Source of the DNA: Hydrurus foetidus
Lineage: Eukaryota
Assembly: GCA_900617105.1 (NCBI GenBank)
Contig: UYFQ01000363.1
Location: 1 to 64,000, forward strand
Direction: 5' to 3'
DNA: 64,000 nucleotides
Shown here: positions 49,778 to 62,240 of the stretch, piece after piece
Layout of the letters: each line of letters opens with the position of its first letter
Position numbering within the stretch: position 1 is the stretch's first letter
Translations under genes and position numbers: made by a program
Notes under the pieces: generated by a model
The model's input: only the letters and a program-made list of their open reading frames with translations
Told to the model about the DNA's origin: nothing
The model's database searches: none

Positions 49778-51061
49778 CTAGAGAATATCAGGACTTTCGG
49801 CGGACTGAAATTGTATTTGTCCCCATCTACCAGAAGTCATGAAAGACTTGTTGAAGGTTGCCTGCCTCACAATAGCCTCATCAAATCCGCAGCCAATCTC
49901 TGATTCTATGACTCTTATGGCACAAACAGGGACATGCCAGTACTTCAATGTGGATTTATCAGATAATGGCCAACTCCTACTTCCTAACATTCTTCTATAA
50001 TTCGCATCACCTTTTACAATAACCAGTTTACTTGTTCCTAGAATTGACTCCACATGCTCAGGCATTTCCCAGAGAGGGGATGGCAGACACCAGAATTCGT
50101 CATCTATGATTTTTATCCTCCCGGTGTTAATGAATGCTCTGAGGGCTTCCCCGAAGTGCCTCACAGCCCACACACTAGAATGCACAGGATCAGCCAAGTG
50201 CTCGATATGGCCATAGACATCAACGTTAGTAGCTCCGTAGCGGTTTACTGTGTATGCCTTCGTGTGGAATGTGACAGTCTTGCATAGATTCAAGACCAGT
50301 AGAGTATAGGCAAGAGCGAGATCAGCAACGAGCTCTTTCCCTGTGTTATTCAATACGATGGAAATGTCACCGTCTCCCCCATCCTTGAAGATTTTCATCA
50401 CCTCTGCAAGATCGTTCTGAGCCAAATATTCCATTTGAGATCGAAGTCCATCGTTGAATGCTCTCCTCTTGTTTGCCGTCCCAGTAATGCTTTCATCATT
50501 GCAGATTAGTTTCCTGGCACTCTGCATACCCCAAACACTGACTAGCAAGAACTTTTCAAGTGCCTCGAGAGGATCCTTCTCCATGATAATATCTGGAAGA
50601 CGGTTGGATATTTCTTCTAGGAAGATTTGAGATTTCCTCAAACTTGAAAGCTTGTTATCAAGAAAACAATCAAATGTCGCCTCATTTCCAGCTACCTCAT
50701 TGGCCTCAAGAGCGACTGATATTTTTTGATAAAATAAGCTCTCAGCAACTTCGTCTGATAGGTCGGTCCATTTCGGAGAATCGCTGACGCAGTCATTTGC
50801 TATTATGGTCTCCCATGCTGGACTGATTGTTTTCAAGATGTCGCCCAACATTTCCTCTTTCAACGATTCCAACAAATTCAGGGACTCGCCCTTCCCGCGT
50901 AAATGCACTCTGCTTTCAGCAATTGAGGACTCTAGGATGGGTATTAATTTGTTGCTTACAATATTCGGGTTCCTCTTGCTCAATGTGTCCTGTGGTAGGT
51001 TCGTCGGGCATATCAAGGATGCCACTCTTTTGAAGAGGAAGAGACACAAAACTATCCGCAT
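49778..51061 (-). CDS. DUF89/ARMT1-like damage-control phosphatase family protein with signal peptide
   Basis: IVLNNTGKELVADL, VTFHTK, DEFWCLPSPLWEMP, LVIVKGDANYRRMLGSRSW, GRWGQIQF. Likely start MRIVLCLFLF at 51061. Confidence 0.85.
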   Translation of the reverse strand: MRIVLCLFLFKRVASLICPTNLPQDTLSKRNPNIVSNKLIPILESSIAESRVHLRGKGESLNLLESLKEEMLGDILKTISPAWETIIANDCVSDSPKWTDLSDEVAESLFYQKISVALEANEVAGNEATFDCFLDNKLSSLRKSQIFLEEISNRLPDIIMEKDPLEALEKFLLVSVWGMQSARKLICNDESITGTANKRRAFNDGLRSQMEYLAQNDLAEVMKIFKDGGDGDISIVLNNTGKELVADLALAYTLLVLNLCKTVTFHTKAYTVNRYGATNVDVYGHIEHLADPVHSSVWAVRHFGEALRAFINTGRIKIIDDEFWCLPSPLWEMPEHVESILGTSKLVIVKGDANYRRMLGSRSWPLSDKSTLKYWHVPVCAIRVIESEIGCGFDEAIVRQATFNKSFMTSGRWGQIQFQSAESPDIL

Positions 51062-51895
51062 GATAAATCCTTGTTGAGACGAAGAAGCAGAGATAATTTT
51101 TGGAACGCAACCTATCAAATCTCCTCCATGCACAGTTTGATCACCGATATCTCCAGCATGATGTTGGGATGACAAGAGTTTTGTGCAGCCATGCAGTAGC
51201 GCATACGTCGCGTGTACGTACAGCTTACGAATGATTAGATATATGATATATAGCAAAGGGGGTTTGGCGATTACTGGTAGTCGGTAGTTCGAGCTCACGA
51301 AATCGTACCTGCTATGTCGGTCTTTCTCGAGACGGTAGGAAGCAAACTTGGCGATTGAACTGAATGCTTTACAGTTGAGCAACTCATGAGATTCATGGGA
51401 TTAATATTTCGACCTCACTGGCGGTAACTTTTGCATATTGTCGACGTTCACGGTGCAAGAAAAAGTGACCGCATTGTCAACACAGTATAAATATGTGTTC
51501 AAGTTAATATCATTAGAAGGATTATCATGCAGAGCTTTTATTGTAGCAAATCCGGCGCTACTCAGTATTGTGGTTTATTGTGTTATATCGGAAAGGGGTG
51601 ATATGTCGAATGACCGTAAATACACGTCCGGTTAGTATCTCATCTGATTTTATTCCCGGCTCTATAAAGGTGGTGCCATATTATGCTAAATAAAAATTCG
51701 AGCTACGAAATGTAAGACTTCAGGATTGTAATTTTTTCTTGGAAGCCACACAAGATGAATATAATGCCCCCGTTGCAAATAAAACACACCGAACTACGCA
51801 ATGTTTACATGTGGTGTGTTAGCTCAGTCAGACTACTGACGAGGATAAATTAATGTCATAACGGGGTTAAGTGGAATCATTTTTGTGGATTTATT

Positions 51896-54800
51896 TCATT
51901 TCAAGTTTAGAGGGGCTGTAGGCGCTTGTCTGCCACCGGATGCAAATTCGTAAATAGCTCTCGGCACGAATTCGCGGTACGGATCATTTTCACGGAAACG
52001 AAGTAACGTCTAAAATTAGAGGAGAGGAGTTAAAAAGGTATGGAAAGGTTGGAATGGAGAAATGGGGTGTAGTCGGGTATCACTGGTGAAGGTTGTCATG
52101 AATAGCAAGGTGTGAAGTGAAGTGAGGTGATGTGAGGTGAGGTGAGGTGAGGTGAAGCCGAGATTTACCTGAATGCCATCTTCCACGCTTCCTTTCACCT
52201 CTGCATAGATGGCTTTGCACTCTTTCTTGTTGTAAATATTGAGGTCTCTCGTATCAAAGGGCTACGAATCATGACGGGATTAGATTAAGTGTCATGTGAA
52301 TGGACAGAAATGGTACTGGTGATTTCGGTCACTCTGTCACCCGTATTATCTGAAATTATTTATTGCATTTGTTTGATTTGAAATAGTATAGCGATTGCAT
52401 GTGGCATTACCTGTCCGAATAAAAAGTAGTTTCTCTCAGGAGCTTTTGGAATAAATAGTGGTGGCAGTAAATCCTCCTCTATCCCTGCTCGAGCAGAGGG
52501 CATGCCGCTTCCTTTCGTTCTGTCCCTCATGAACGGTATTTGTCTGATATCTGTGAAATGAAGATGAAAAATGGTAATTGTCAAGTCTGATGAGTTTTTC
52601 TTATTTATCACATTGAGCGGCAAAGTGAATCTAGATTCAATAACCATATAAAGATGCAGTAGAAAACAAAGTAGAAATTGAAAATGGAGTAGAAAATGAA
52701 GTTGAAACAGTGAGTCACCCTCTTGATCTAGAATGATGTTGACCGAGTCAGACATCCCTACAGCGCTGAATGGAACGATGATTGCATCGAGCAGACCGGC
52801 CATTCTGACGAAGTCTACTCTCTCCGGCCTGACGTACAAGATGGATTCCCATTGATGAATAAAAGGGAAAAAATTATAGATGACGATGAGGGTTGTGATA
52901 GTGCATGGCACAGTAGTCTAGTATAGTGGCACATGTTAAGTCTCTCTTTCATCAAGATGAAGTGACATCCAGGCGCTTGAGAGACGGAGGAAAAGACTCG
53001 TATTCTATCCGTTGTCCTTCCTCACCAAAAGAGTTTGTACTCGTCTCCCTTTCCGTGTAACGCTTCTTTCGCCCCTCCTGGGAAAAGCATCACGGTCTCG
53101 TTTCGTTTCAGAAGCTGACCATAACATAAAGAAACAGTGAGGAAGAGTTCAGGAAGATGTGGTGTCAGTGTCCTTTCATTCAGTAATAATTTTTGTAGAC
53201 AATGAAGACTAGTCTTATCGTATTGTCAGAAAGAGTTACCTCGAAAATGCTAGAAGGAGAAACCTTCACTGCACCGAACTTCTTGAACTGTGACATCTGT
53301 CCTCCGGCACCCTCTGCGAAGACAGCTGGATGGGCAAGGCCCCTCACTAGGGTTTCCTTTTCCGTGATGAACTGTCTGACGATGGGGGCAAGGTCGGCAC
53401 CTATCAGCAGATAATTGTCAAAATAATCAAAAATAGTGGAATAATATCAAGAGCTAGGAATGATGGAGGTTTTACAGAGAAGCGCGGTGCATCATAGTGG
53501 CATGTCGAGAGCTGTTTTAACAGATTCTAAGCACGCTAAAGACGCCTTGTTTCCTAACACATCTACTCAGCTGGGAGCGTGTCTGTTGGTACACTGAGTA
53601 GAAACTAACCGTATAGTTGATGGTTGCCAACGAGCAGAACAGGTCTGCCATTTTTACCAGTAGGCACACTCTCCAGTCCTCTCACAAGCTGTCGATCAGC
53701 GCCTCGTGTGAGAAACACTGGACTGATGGCATTAAGGAATGTTCCATACTGCAAGAGAGAGTGTTACATTGAAGAGACAGGTTGAGCGATGTACTAACAG
53801 TGACTCCTCACGAAGATTTCATTGAAATCTCAGACATGATTATGATGCATCTCACCTGTTTCTCAACGAGATCCATGTCGTCTCTAGTTGGCATGGCGCA
53901 GTCTAGGGTCTCTACCTCAGGAACAGCGAACACTTTACTCTTCAAAATGACGCTAGTGAAGTCTTGAAAATTGTTCTCCAGCAGCGCATGCCCAATATCA
54001 AACTCTATCACCTCCACTATAGGAGCACTAGTCATTTCCTTCTTGAGTCTCTTTCCCTCAGCTTGAGAGGGTAGCAGACGATCATTTTTGCCCACTAGGA
54101 TAAGGGTTGGAGTGTCTATTTTGGAGTATTTTCCTTCCATGATAGATGTACCCGCATTGAACCAGTTTAAAATTCGCCAGTTCAGAGTAACTGGGGGAAT
54201 TAGATCGAGCAGAAATCTGCCTGCCTCAATCCACGTGTTAACACTTTTGATGGCAGACTCTGCGGAGTTCATTTTAGATACCGCCCGTAAACTGTATCTC
54301 CTAATTTGTGCAAGGTCAACCGCAGTTGCCAGTAGCGCAGAAATGCCCACGACAGGAAAAGCTAGTCCAGTGCTAGCGATAATAGGCGCTACAAGATTCC
54401 AGTTTGTTCTATCAAAGGACGTCGCGGGGTTGACAAGAATCAACTTTGCGACAGAACCTTTCTTCGCTCTCAAAGCGACGTATGCTGCAAGCAACCCACC
54501 GAAGGATTCTCCGACAAGCACAACCGGTTCGCCGAATACCTCTAAGGCTTTGATGACGAATGTAGCCAGCTCAATGAATGTCGACCTGTCGTCCCCAACG
54601 GTGGCCATTTTCCAAACGTCAAATGCAAGATTCAGCTTGGATACAGAATCTGCTGAATAGTTACCAATACCATCTAGACCAGGAAGGAAAAGTAGAGGTG
54701 GCTTCTTTTCCGTCGATAAAGATCCCTCTTCGTCGAATGATTTGTCCCGATATATTGACGAAGTTTTCGAATTCAAAATCTTCAGCGCCCCAGCAATTCT

Positions 54801-55028
54801 TGACTCGGCATCAAGTAAGTCCGTCCGCATAGCAACGGGTTCAACGACCGGTATCAGGGGAGCTGCGGCGGTATCTGCTACAGATTCCGCTACTGAAGTG
54901 ATGTCAACAGTCGCTGCGTATTGAGCTGAAGGAAATCGCGTGGTGACACCACTACGATGGAAGAAATGGTGGTTGTATGCGATGACATTTACTGACGAAA
55001 TCAGCAGACAGGTAATGAAGCGAGACAT
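51896..55028 (-). CDS. Phytyl ester synthase / ELT-family esterase-acyltransferase, plastid-targeted; multi-exon
   Basis: Alpha/beta-hydrolase LLFLPGLDG, LVGESFGG, LVNPATSF, DRLLPS, followed by acyltransferase ISPVFLT, RPVLLVGNHQL, VRGLAHP, FGAVKVS, LFPGGAKEALHGKG, FVRMA, PERNYFLFG, RENDPYR. Confidence 0.9.
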
Positions 55029-55388
55029 GGCACCAGGAGTGTGAAAACAGTTTCCTATCGTCCAGCACTGTGTAAGCAGATTGGTTTTACTACCACTGCT
55101 GTAAATACTGTGTCGCAGATAGATGTCGATCTATCTCGATCTTCTATCTGTGCCACTAAAAATAACTGAACACTGTCAGGAAATTTGGGTGAATTTTACG
55201 CGTACGTCGCGTGTCTTGTTCGGTACTCCACTTTCAACTTTTTTAAAAAAAGCATCAACACTGAACTCAAGAACTTGATGTTCGATGTTGTCCTCTCGGA
55301 GAATAGGGAAGAACAACGTAGATTTGGCACAACGTGGAAGCTTACCCGTCGCATCATCTAACTAAATTCTCAGTAATCCGGAACCCCT

Positions 55389-58300
55389 ATGACTTTGGTG
55401 TCGCTGCTTTTCTTATCATCAGGACTGATTCCCTTGAAACATTTGACAACGAAATCAAACATGAGGAAATGCGTCATTACAACCATGTCGAAATCTGCTG
55501 ATGGTACCATCGCTGCAACAAGTACGGTTGAGGATCTTCTTCTGCATGTGATGGGATTGTCACCAGCTAACCAGCGTGCCATCTCTGCTGTGGTAGGCAT
55601 CCATCATTTACGCTGCATTGTGTACTGATTAATGAGTCTTGGCTTGAGATAACAAGACAAATAAGAAACAAGCACAGTACCTGTAGCCAGTTTCAAAAAT
55701 CGTGCTCGACATAGTGGAGAGTCCTATAGCAGAGTTGGCGGACCATGAATTGCTTTAGAAAGAGTCATGAGAAATATAACATGTAACACTGCAACCCACT
55801 CGCTGTAAGAATTATTTACCAAGCTTTACACGAACATTCGACACCCTAGTAAACTGTGTGTAGCTCTCATCGCAGGAATATGTATCTTTTTGTCTCACTA
55901 ATTTTTGACCTCCAATGCTTTGCAGGTGGGTGCCGCAGTAGGTGATGCTGCAACCCGACCATTTCACTGGCTGTATGATCGTACCAAACTTGAATCGATA
56001 GTAGGTAAGACATACACACTTGACGACAACAAATTGATGTAACAAAGTGGAAAGGATGCAACTCATCCCATGCGCATTCATTTGTTCTTCTCATGCGCAT
56101 CGAATTGTTCTTTTTTTGCTTTCCAAGGAGACCAGGATCCAGCATTCTGGCCAGAGAGCGTTTCTCCTTTCTACACATTACCCACAGGTATCCTCAATAA
56201 AAGCAGGCATGTTCAGTAGGCGTGTGTAATATGCATGTTGAATAGTAATTTTTTATCAACATGGATTGCTGAATAATGGGTTGTTCACTTTATTTCTCTG
56301 ACACTTTGCAGCAGAGTGTTCTAGCGATTGACTTCTAATAGGATAATTGCATGTAGCGGTGCTATCTTGCAGAACATACACTCATGATTTCTACGTGACT
56401 TTCCAGTCCTCATTTATCGGATAAGATTTGATGCGATTAGAATAGGAACATCGAGACATGACGGGATTTGTGAGACAAGATTAGATTAGGTGCAATATGA
56501 TTAGCGAGAAGTGAAATCATCATGAAAGATACAACATGAGAAGAGTGATTACGTGAATGTATTCAAGTCTCATATCTTGCATTAACAGGTCGTCGCTCCT
56601 GTTACAACGATCTGGGGCAGTGCATGTTAAGTTCTCTTCACCCTCATACGATCATCCAAAAGGGGACGGAGGAGCCGAGTAAGGTGCGACATTTGTAGTG
56701 AATCATTCTATTATATAATGTATAGTCTAGCCGTAGACAAACTATTACACTGTATGCTATAATTAAAATAGATAGCTAGTGGGCATCATGTATCGCTTCA
56801 TCTCTGTCCTCATTTCTTTTTTCTCACATGGTTTTGTGCTGTTTTTGAAAATGATATTACGTAGCGTGATGAAGACTCTGATTTATTTCAGTGCATAGAT
56901 TATTCATGTAGACGAAGTGAGGCATTGGAAACTAATTGAGTTCGATTCGAACACTTTGGGACATATTAGTCACCAACACGAGGGAATCTGAAGTGCTGCG
57001 ATGTAATGCAATCCAATTTAAAACAACTTCAAACGCTACCTGTATCCCCCATTTCCTATTTCCCCGCAATTTCAACATATTAATGAAGTATGAACTTAAT
57101 GTGCATGAACTCTGAACCTGCCTAGAAGCTAGTTGGTGGTTTTCAACAAGACCCTTTTGTGCATACGATGAAAACGATGTTCGCAGAAGAATCCGAGTAC
57201 GGAATTGCATTCAAGAATAGACAATCTGCATACGATCCGAACAGGTTACAACTGAAAGAATCGATGCGTTTTCTTGATGATTTCTCTAATAATGCGAAAA
57301 AGTTTGTCTGTGTATCTGTCTGTCTGTCTGTCTGTCTGTGGCGTGTTATTCTATACATCTGACTTGAAATGCAGCACTTAATCTGTGTGTCCGTGCCTCT
57401 GTCTGTGTGTATGTGGTGATGCAGGCGTTTGGAAGAACGCGTTCCTGTGTACGGTCCGTGGCAACAGGGAGCAGTCACAGAATTCATGAAGAGAGTCAAT
57501 GAGGTAATTTAAGATGAATTTAGAGTTGAATGCATTGTGCAAATAAACTTGTTCTTCTCGTTCTCTCCCGCTCCCTCCCTCTGTGAAATTCTAACTGTCT
57601 CCGCATCTTGACACTCCATCACTCCCTTATCCGTCCTCCACTTTTTATTTATCTTCGATTCGCTGTGTGTGACTTAAAAGGACAACGAACTAGTTTGAGT
57701 GATGATGTGACATAATCTGCAGCACTGCTGCTCTCTCTTAGAATTCTAGATAAATAATATCATCCGATAGATCTGCGTTGCACTTGATTATCTTATTTCA
57801 CGATATGACTTCTCCTATCCCAATCACACGTTATTCTTTCTTATCTCATTTGTTTTTTCTAAATTTGTCTACTTGACTTTTTCCGTTCTCCTTTCTCCCA
57901 TTGCGCTTCACGCTATCTCTCCTCTTCTGCCCTTTTGAATACCTTAAACTGTTTAAGGGCGGGGATCTAGCGGGCAAGGGCGGGTCAGAGTCGAAGGAAA
58001 CTGACGGTCTGTGTGTCGTACTCCCCCTCATATGCAGGTCTAGTCTGTCATGCATACCACACACTATACACCGCATTAGGTAGATTGAGCACTTGAAGCA
58101 CTATTTTAATCGTTACCCACTCATCTTTACCGGTCCTTCTTGACGAACATTCTTTCGATCTATTGTCGTCAGGTCAACAGCAACGATTATCACACTTGAT
58201 CCTAATACACTCATTATATCGCATCATTTTTATGATGTAATGTTCACACCGTATTCTGATACACCTTATCACATCACTTACCTCTTCCGATCCTGTACTC

Positions 58301-61300
58301 GCTATCAGGCTTTCAGCTGAAGAAGTGAATTATTCCCCCGATACTCCTCTTCTCAAATCCATGCCGAGACAATTCAGGTTTCTGATTTTTAGAATCATTG
58401 TGATGCGGGAGTATGTTGTATACCGCTGTGCCCTTGACAGTAATTGATCAGATCGATACAGTATCGTCACTGCCCTTTGACTGGGTGACTCAATCACTGA
58501 CTAATGTTCAGACTGACTACGAGACCCTTCTTTCTCCACACAGCTAACCAACCTGCCATACACTCTCCCCACTCGCTACGCACTCACGCACATAGGTCAC
58601 TACTCGAGGAGCCCGCCTCCCTGCTGTCTACCAATCCCTTTGCACTGCAACACACCTTAGCTGCGGCCAGGATACTACGGTAACTCCTCAACGTTATCTT
58701 GGAGTGTCCCATACAACACGTCTTCCTTCTTATTTTTTTCATCACTTCTAGTTTCCTCTTATCTTGTTGCATCTTATTTCTTATCTCAGCTAGACAAATT
58801 TCATCTTGTCTTAATTCATTTTATTTTATCTCATCTTGTTTCAATTAATGCCGTCTAATTTCCTATCATCACTTTGAGAAGACATCTTGCGATCAACAGT
58901 GAACATACTTCGTAGATATGAATATCATTTGACACTCTCACTCTTCCCTTCCATTTTGTCATCTCTATCATTAGGAACATCATCATATTCGGGGGCAGTG
59001 TTAGCAGCAAGGAGGAGTTGCTAGCTATCGCACTAGATGGAGTGGACGATGCTGAGGCAACAGGTTGGCGACTATTTCGATGATATTATCGCTGTATTTC
59101 ATCTCTCACTCTCTTTCTTTATTTCTAATTTTGTCCAACTTACTCATCATCTCTCTCTTTTATTTTTCGCGTGCTACTCTTCGCGATCCTCATCTCTTCC
59201 ACTTTCATGGCTCTACTCAAATTCTTGCCTATTGCAGTACACACACAGTCATAGTAAACTCCTCTTTTTCCACCTCATTCTCCACCTGTCACTGTCCCTT
59301 CCAAACGCTCGCTCATCACAGAATATTTGAAGACAGAGTTGGACGAGGTGTTCCTATCACTCGACACTAACACTCCCCACACAGACTCTGTTCAAAAATG
59401 GGGCAGACAGTGTGCAAATCCAGGTGAGCTTCACTCAATTTACTGGTCATTTTATGGCATCTGTTTTTGTCATTTAATGTGTGTGTGCGACTTTCTGTCA
59501 TTATCACTATGTTCATTAGGAAAGCCTATTCGTGATTTCTAAGTCGACTTCCACTTCTTCTCCTCATCTTTGTCTGTGCCACACATTGAGATAACTTGTC
59601 GCTTCACTCAATCATCACAAGAAATCACTTCTACCCCCTTCTTTTCTCCCACTCTGTCTGTCTGTGCATACACTGCCACACTATACCATCAACACATCTG
59701 ACATACCCTTCTCCCGCCTTTGAGTTTATTGTATGCATCTCGCACTAAGCACTTGCATTCTCTCCTTCAATTGTTTCTGACTTAACTCCGTCAACCCCCA
59801 CTCCTGTTCATCGCATTTATTAGGGTCATTCATGGGAGCCGTTTTATCGTACTGCACCAGCACCAAAATAAATGGTAAGAGCAGCAAATAACTTATTTGA
59901 AGTATCGATATCAGTGAGAACGTATCGTATCTTTGTTTACGTGCTGTCTGGTTGACAACTATTTAGTTTGCAAACTGAAACATGATTCAGGGAGACTTTG
60001 AATGATCGGTTTGGTGGGTGACGTATTGACATTTAGACAGAAAAACAGCCAGATAGATAAATAGGCACGAAGTAACAAACAGGCGCACACAAAGTGCAGA
60101 TATGTAGAAATAAACACCTTCACAGTAAAAAAGATTGCAAGCCAGACAAACTCATTCACTCTCACATAGAGACACTGCGTCAGAATTAAAAGTCACTGTT
60201 GAAGACACCAGAGCTCCACTATTTGTTCAGTTGTATTTCATTGCCGAGTATCTTACAGCAAGAAATCATGCAGTGCACTACCTCACCATACCTACTCAAT
60301 AGTGCATAAGTCAAAGCACAATCGTACTCAATATCAACGGACTTTAATAATGCGCTAGGTGAAAAGGAAGGCCACGTGGGCTACTCTGAAGGAATCAGAA
60401 GAGTCATAAAAGGTATGACTGAGAACGAGAAGGAGAATAATCTTTCACTGAAGACTTTAAAATGAGAATGTTCTCAATAGAAAACAAACACTGATCGTGA
60501 TATGTGATAGCGAGCTTTAAGACTCCTTTCTTTTTTCATAGCTTGGCTTAATTGATGTACAAAGATGGTGATGCAGGAATTCTTTCTGTGATCTCGAGAA
60601 AGACTTCTCATCATTACTGTTCCTTTTTAAGGCGAGCATTTTTATTCTACTGAACTGCATTTCATCGTATCGCATTGCGTTGTGTTGTGTTGTACCCTCC
60701 TTTCAACCAGCTGCACTCCAATGGAAGAGAGCATCCAAACATTTTCAGATCACTGTCACCTATCACATCTCCTCCACCCTTCTTTTTTCGCTCTTTCCCA
60801 CTCTTCTCCACTCTATTCAGCTCACATTTATTTCATTCTGTTCTGCTCTTTCTTATTCTCCTCTCCTCCGCTCTCCTGTACTCTGTACTCCCCGTACTCC
60901 AATCGCTTGGCACTCCACACTCTACTCTGCACTCTCAACCAATCCCACCCCACCTCGCGCAGCCTAGCCTCACCTAGCCCAACAATCGTAGTTTGCCATT
61001 CCTCACGCTACTCAAACCAACCCAACTCAAGCACAATACTCCACTACATCATCTCCATCAACTCAAACCATGCTATAACCGACATTCCCTACAGGCGGTG
61101 GATGTAATTGTTCCAGATCCAATCTGGCAGGTGCGCTTCTGGGAGCCCACTTCGGACTAGAAATGCCGCGATCAAATGAGGAAAAAGACCCCACACAAGA
61201 ATCAGATGGAAAAGAAGTGGAGAAATTTCGAGGTCAGCGGACGAATATTTCTTACTGCTGTGTGTGTGCTTTTTCTCTTCAAATGTTCTTTATTTAAGTT

Positions 61301-61477
61301 GATCTTTTTATCATTTCTAGAACTATTTGATTTATTTGGCATGTCCTAAACTAACTTTTTGTTTCCTCTATGTTTGTATTTTTCTGTCGCATAGGAGTGC
61401 CCTTGGAGTGGATGAAAAAAACCGACAAAATGTCCGAGATACTCTATCTCGCGATAACTAATGTTGCGTGTAAATGA
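55389..61477 (+). CDS. ADP-ribosylglycohydrolase, J1-crystallin/SelJ-like; about 15 small exons
   Basis: Reconstructed RAISAV|VGAAVGDAATRPFHWLYD, FWPESVSPFY, GRRSCYNDLG, YGPWQQG, ETDG, WGRQCANPG|SFMGA, GGCNCSRSNLAGALLGAHFG, VPLEWMKKT. Confidence 0.82.
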
Positions 61478-62240
61478 AAGTCGTTCTCTCTTCACCGACT
61501 ATGTTCCGATGAAGTGCAGCCACGGCACCATCAATCTTTCAATTTTAAGCTGATTGATTAGCTGATGGCGTGATATGGTACGACACTCTTTTTCTACGCT
61601 TTTATCTCACATAATCGGATCGATTACAGAGAGAGTAACTGCAACAGAACCGTGTAACTCCGTGCAAGTGCTCTCAGACAGCATTAGACACGAACGTATT
61701 CACATTCCTATTATCTCAGTCTCCGCGCATGGTTTGGGCACCAAATTCAGTCACTTCTCCAACTGGCAATACGATGCTAGGAACAGTGATTGCACTCTGT
61801 TCTGTCTGAAGCAATGGAATCGAGTCAAAATCCATATTATCAGTGAGCTCCACATCGTATCATATCAAGAGGACTGTCACCATCCAGTTGTAGAAGCCGA
61901 TTATCATGATAATAAAAGCGTAAAATGTTGTAGAGAGTTTAATCAAGTGATTACACCCTCCTCGGATAGCGCCTTAACGTAGCTCCTTTACCCTCACACT
62001 TGAAAACGAAATATCTGTAGATGCTGCCAGTACCAGTTTGTTTACTACTTGCAAAATTACGATATGTTACATTCACGACGACCATTACATTAAATTGAAC
62101 AATATTTAGTGCCTGTATTTCACGTGTCGACTTCTTACTCGGCAGGATGCCATCCGATAAAAATGTAAACAAGATGTAATAGCCTTGACTGTGGAATTTA
62201 AGAACACGAGCGCAACAGAGCTGCCGCCTATGTCAGATGT

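Noticed and set aside
51062..51382. N-terminal 107 aa of ORF 49778..51382
   Set aside because: It starts at a non-ATG codon; the ATG at 51061 gives a plausible signal peptide, so the extension is probably 5' UTR.
54088..54660. Long antisense ORFs over real genes (also 22542..23060, 27668..27922, 46417..46773)
   Set aside because: Shadow frames opposite well-supported CDSs, with no motifs of their own.
56933..57000. Possible Sec-encoding TGA in the SelJ-like gene region
   Set aside because: It lies in what appears to be intron; the protein can be assembled in frame without it.
60675..61090. Three overlapping ORFs in CT-rich sequence
   Set aside because: Pyrimidine-rich intron of the ADP-ribosylglycohydrolase gene, which lacks stops for compositional reasons.
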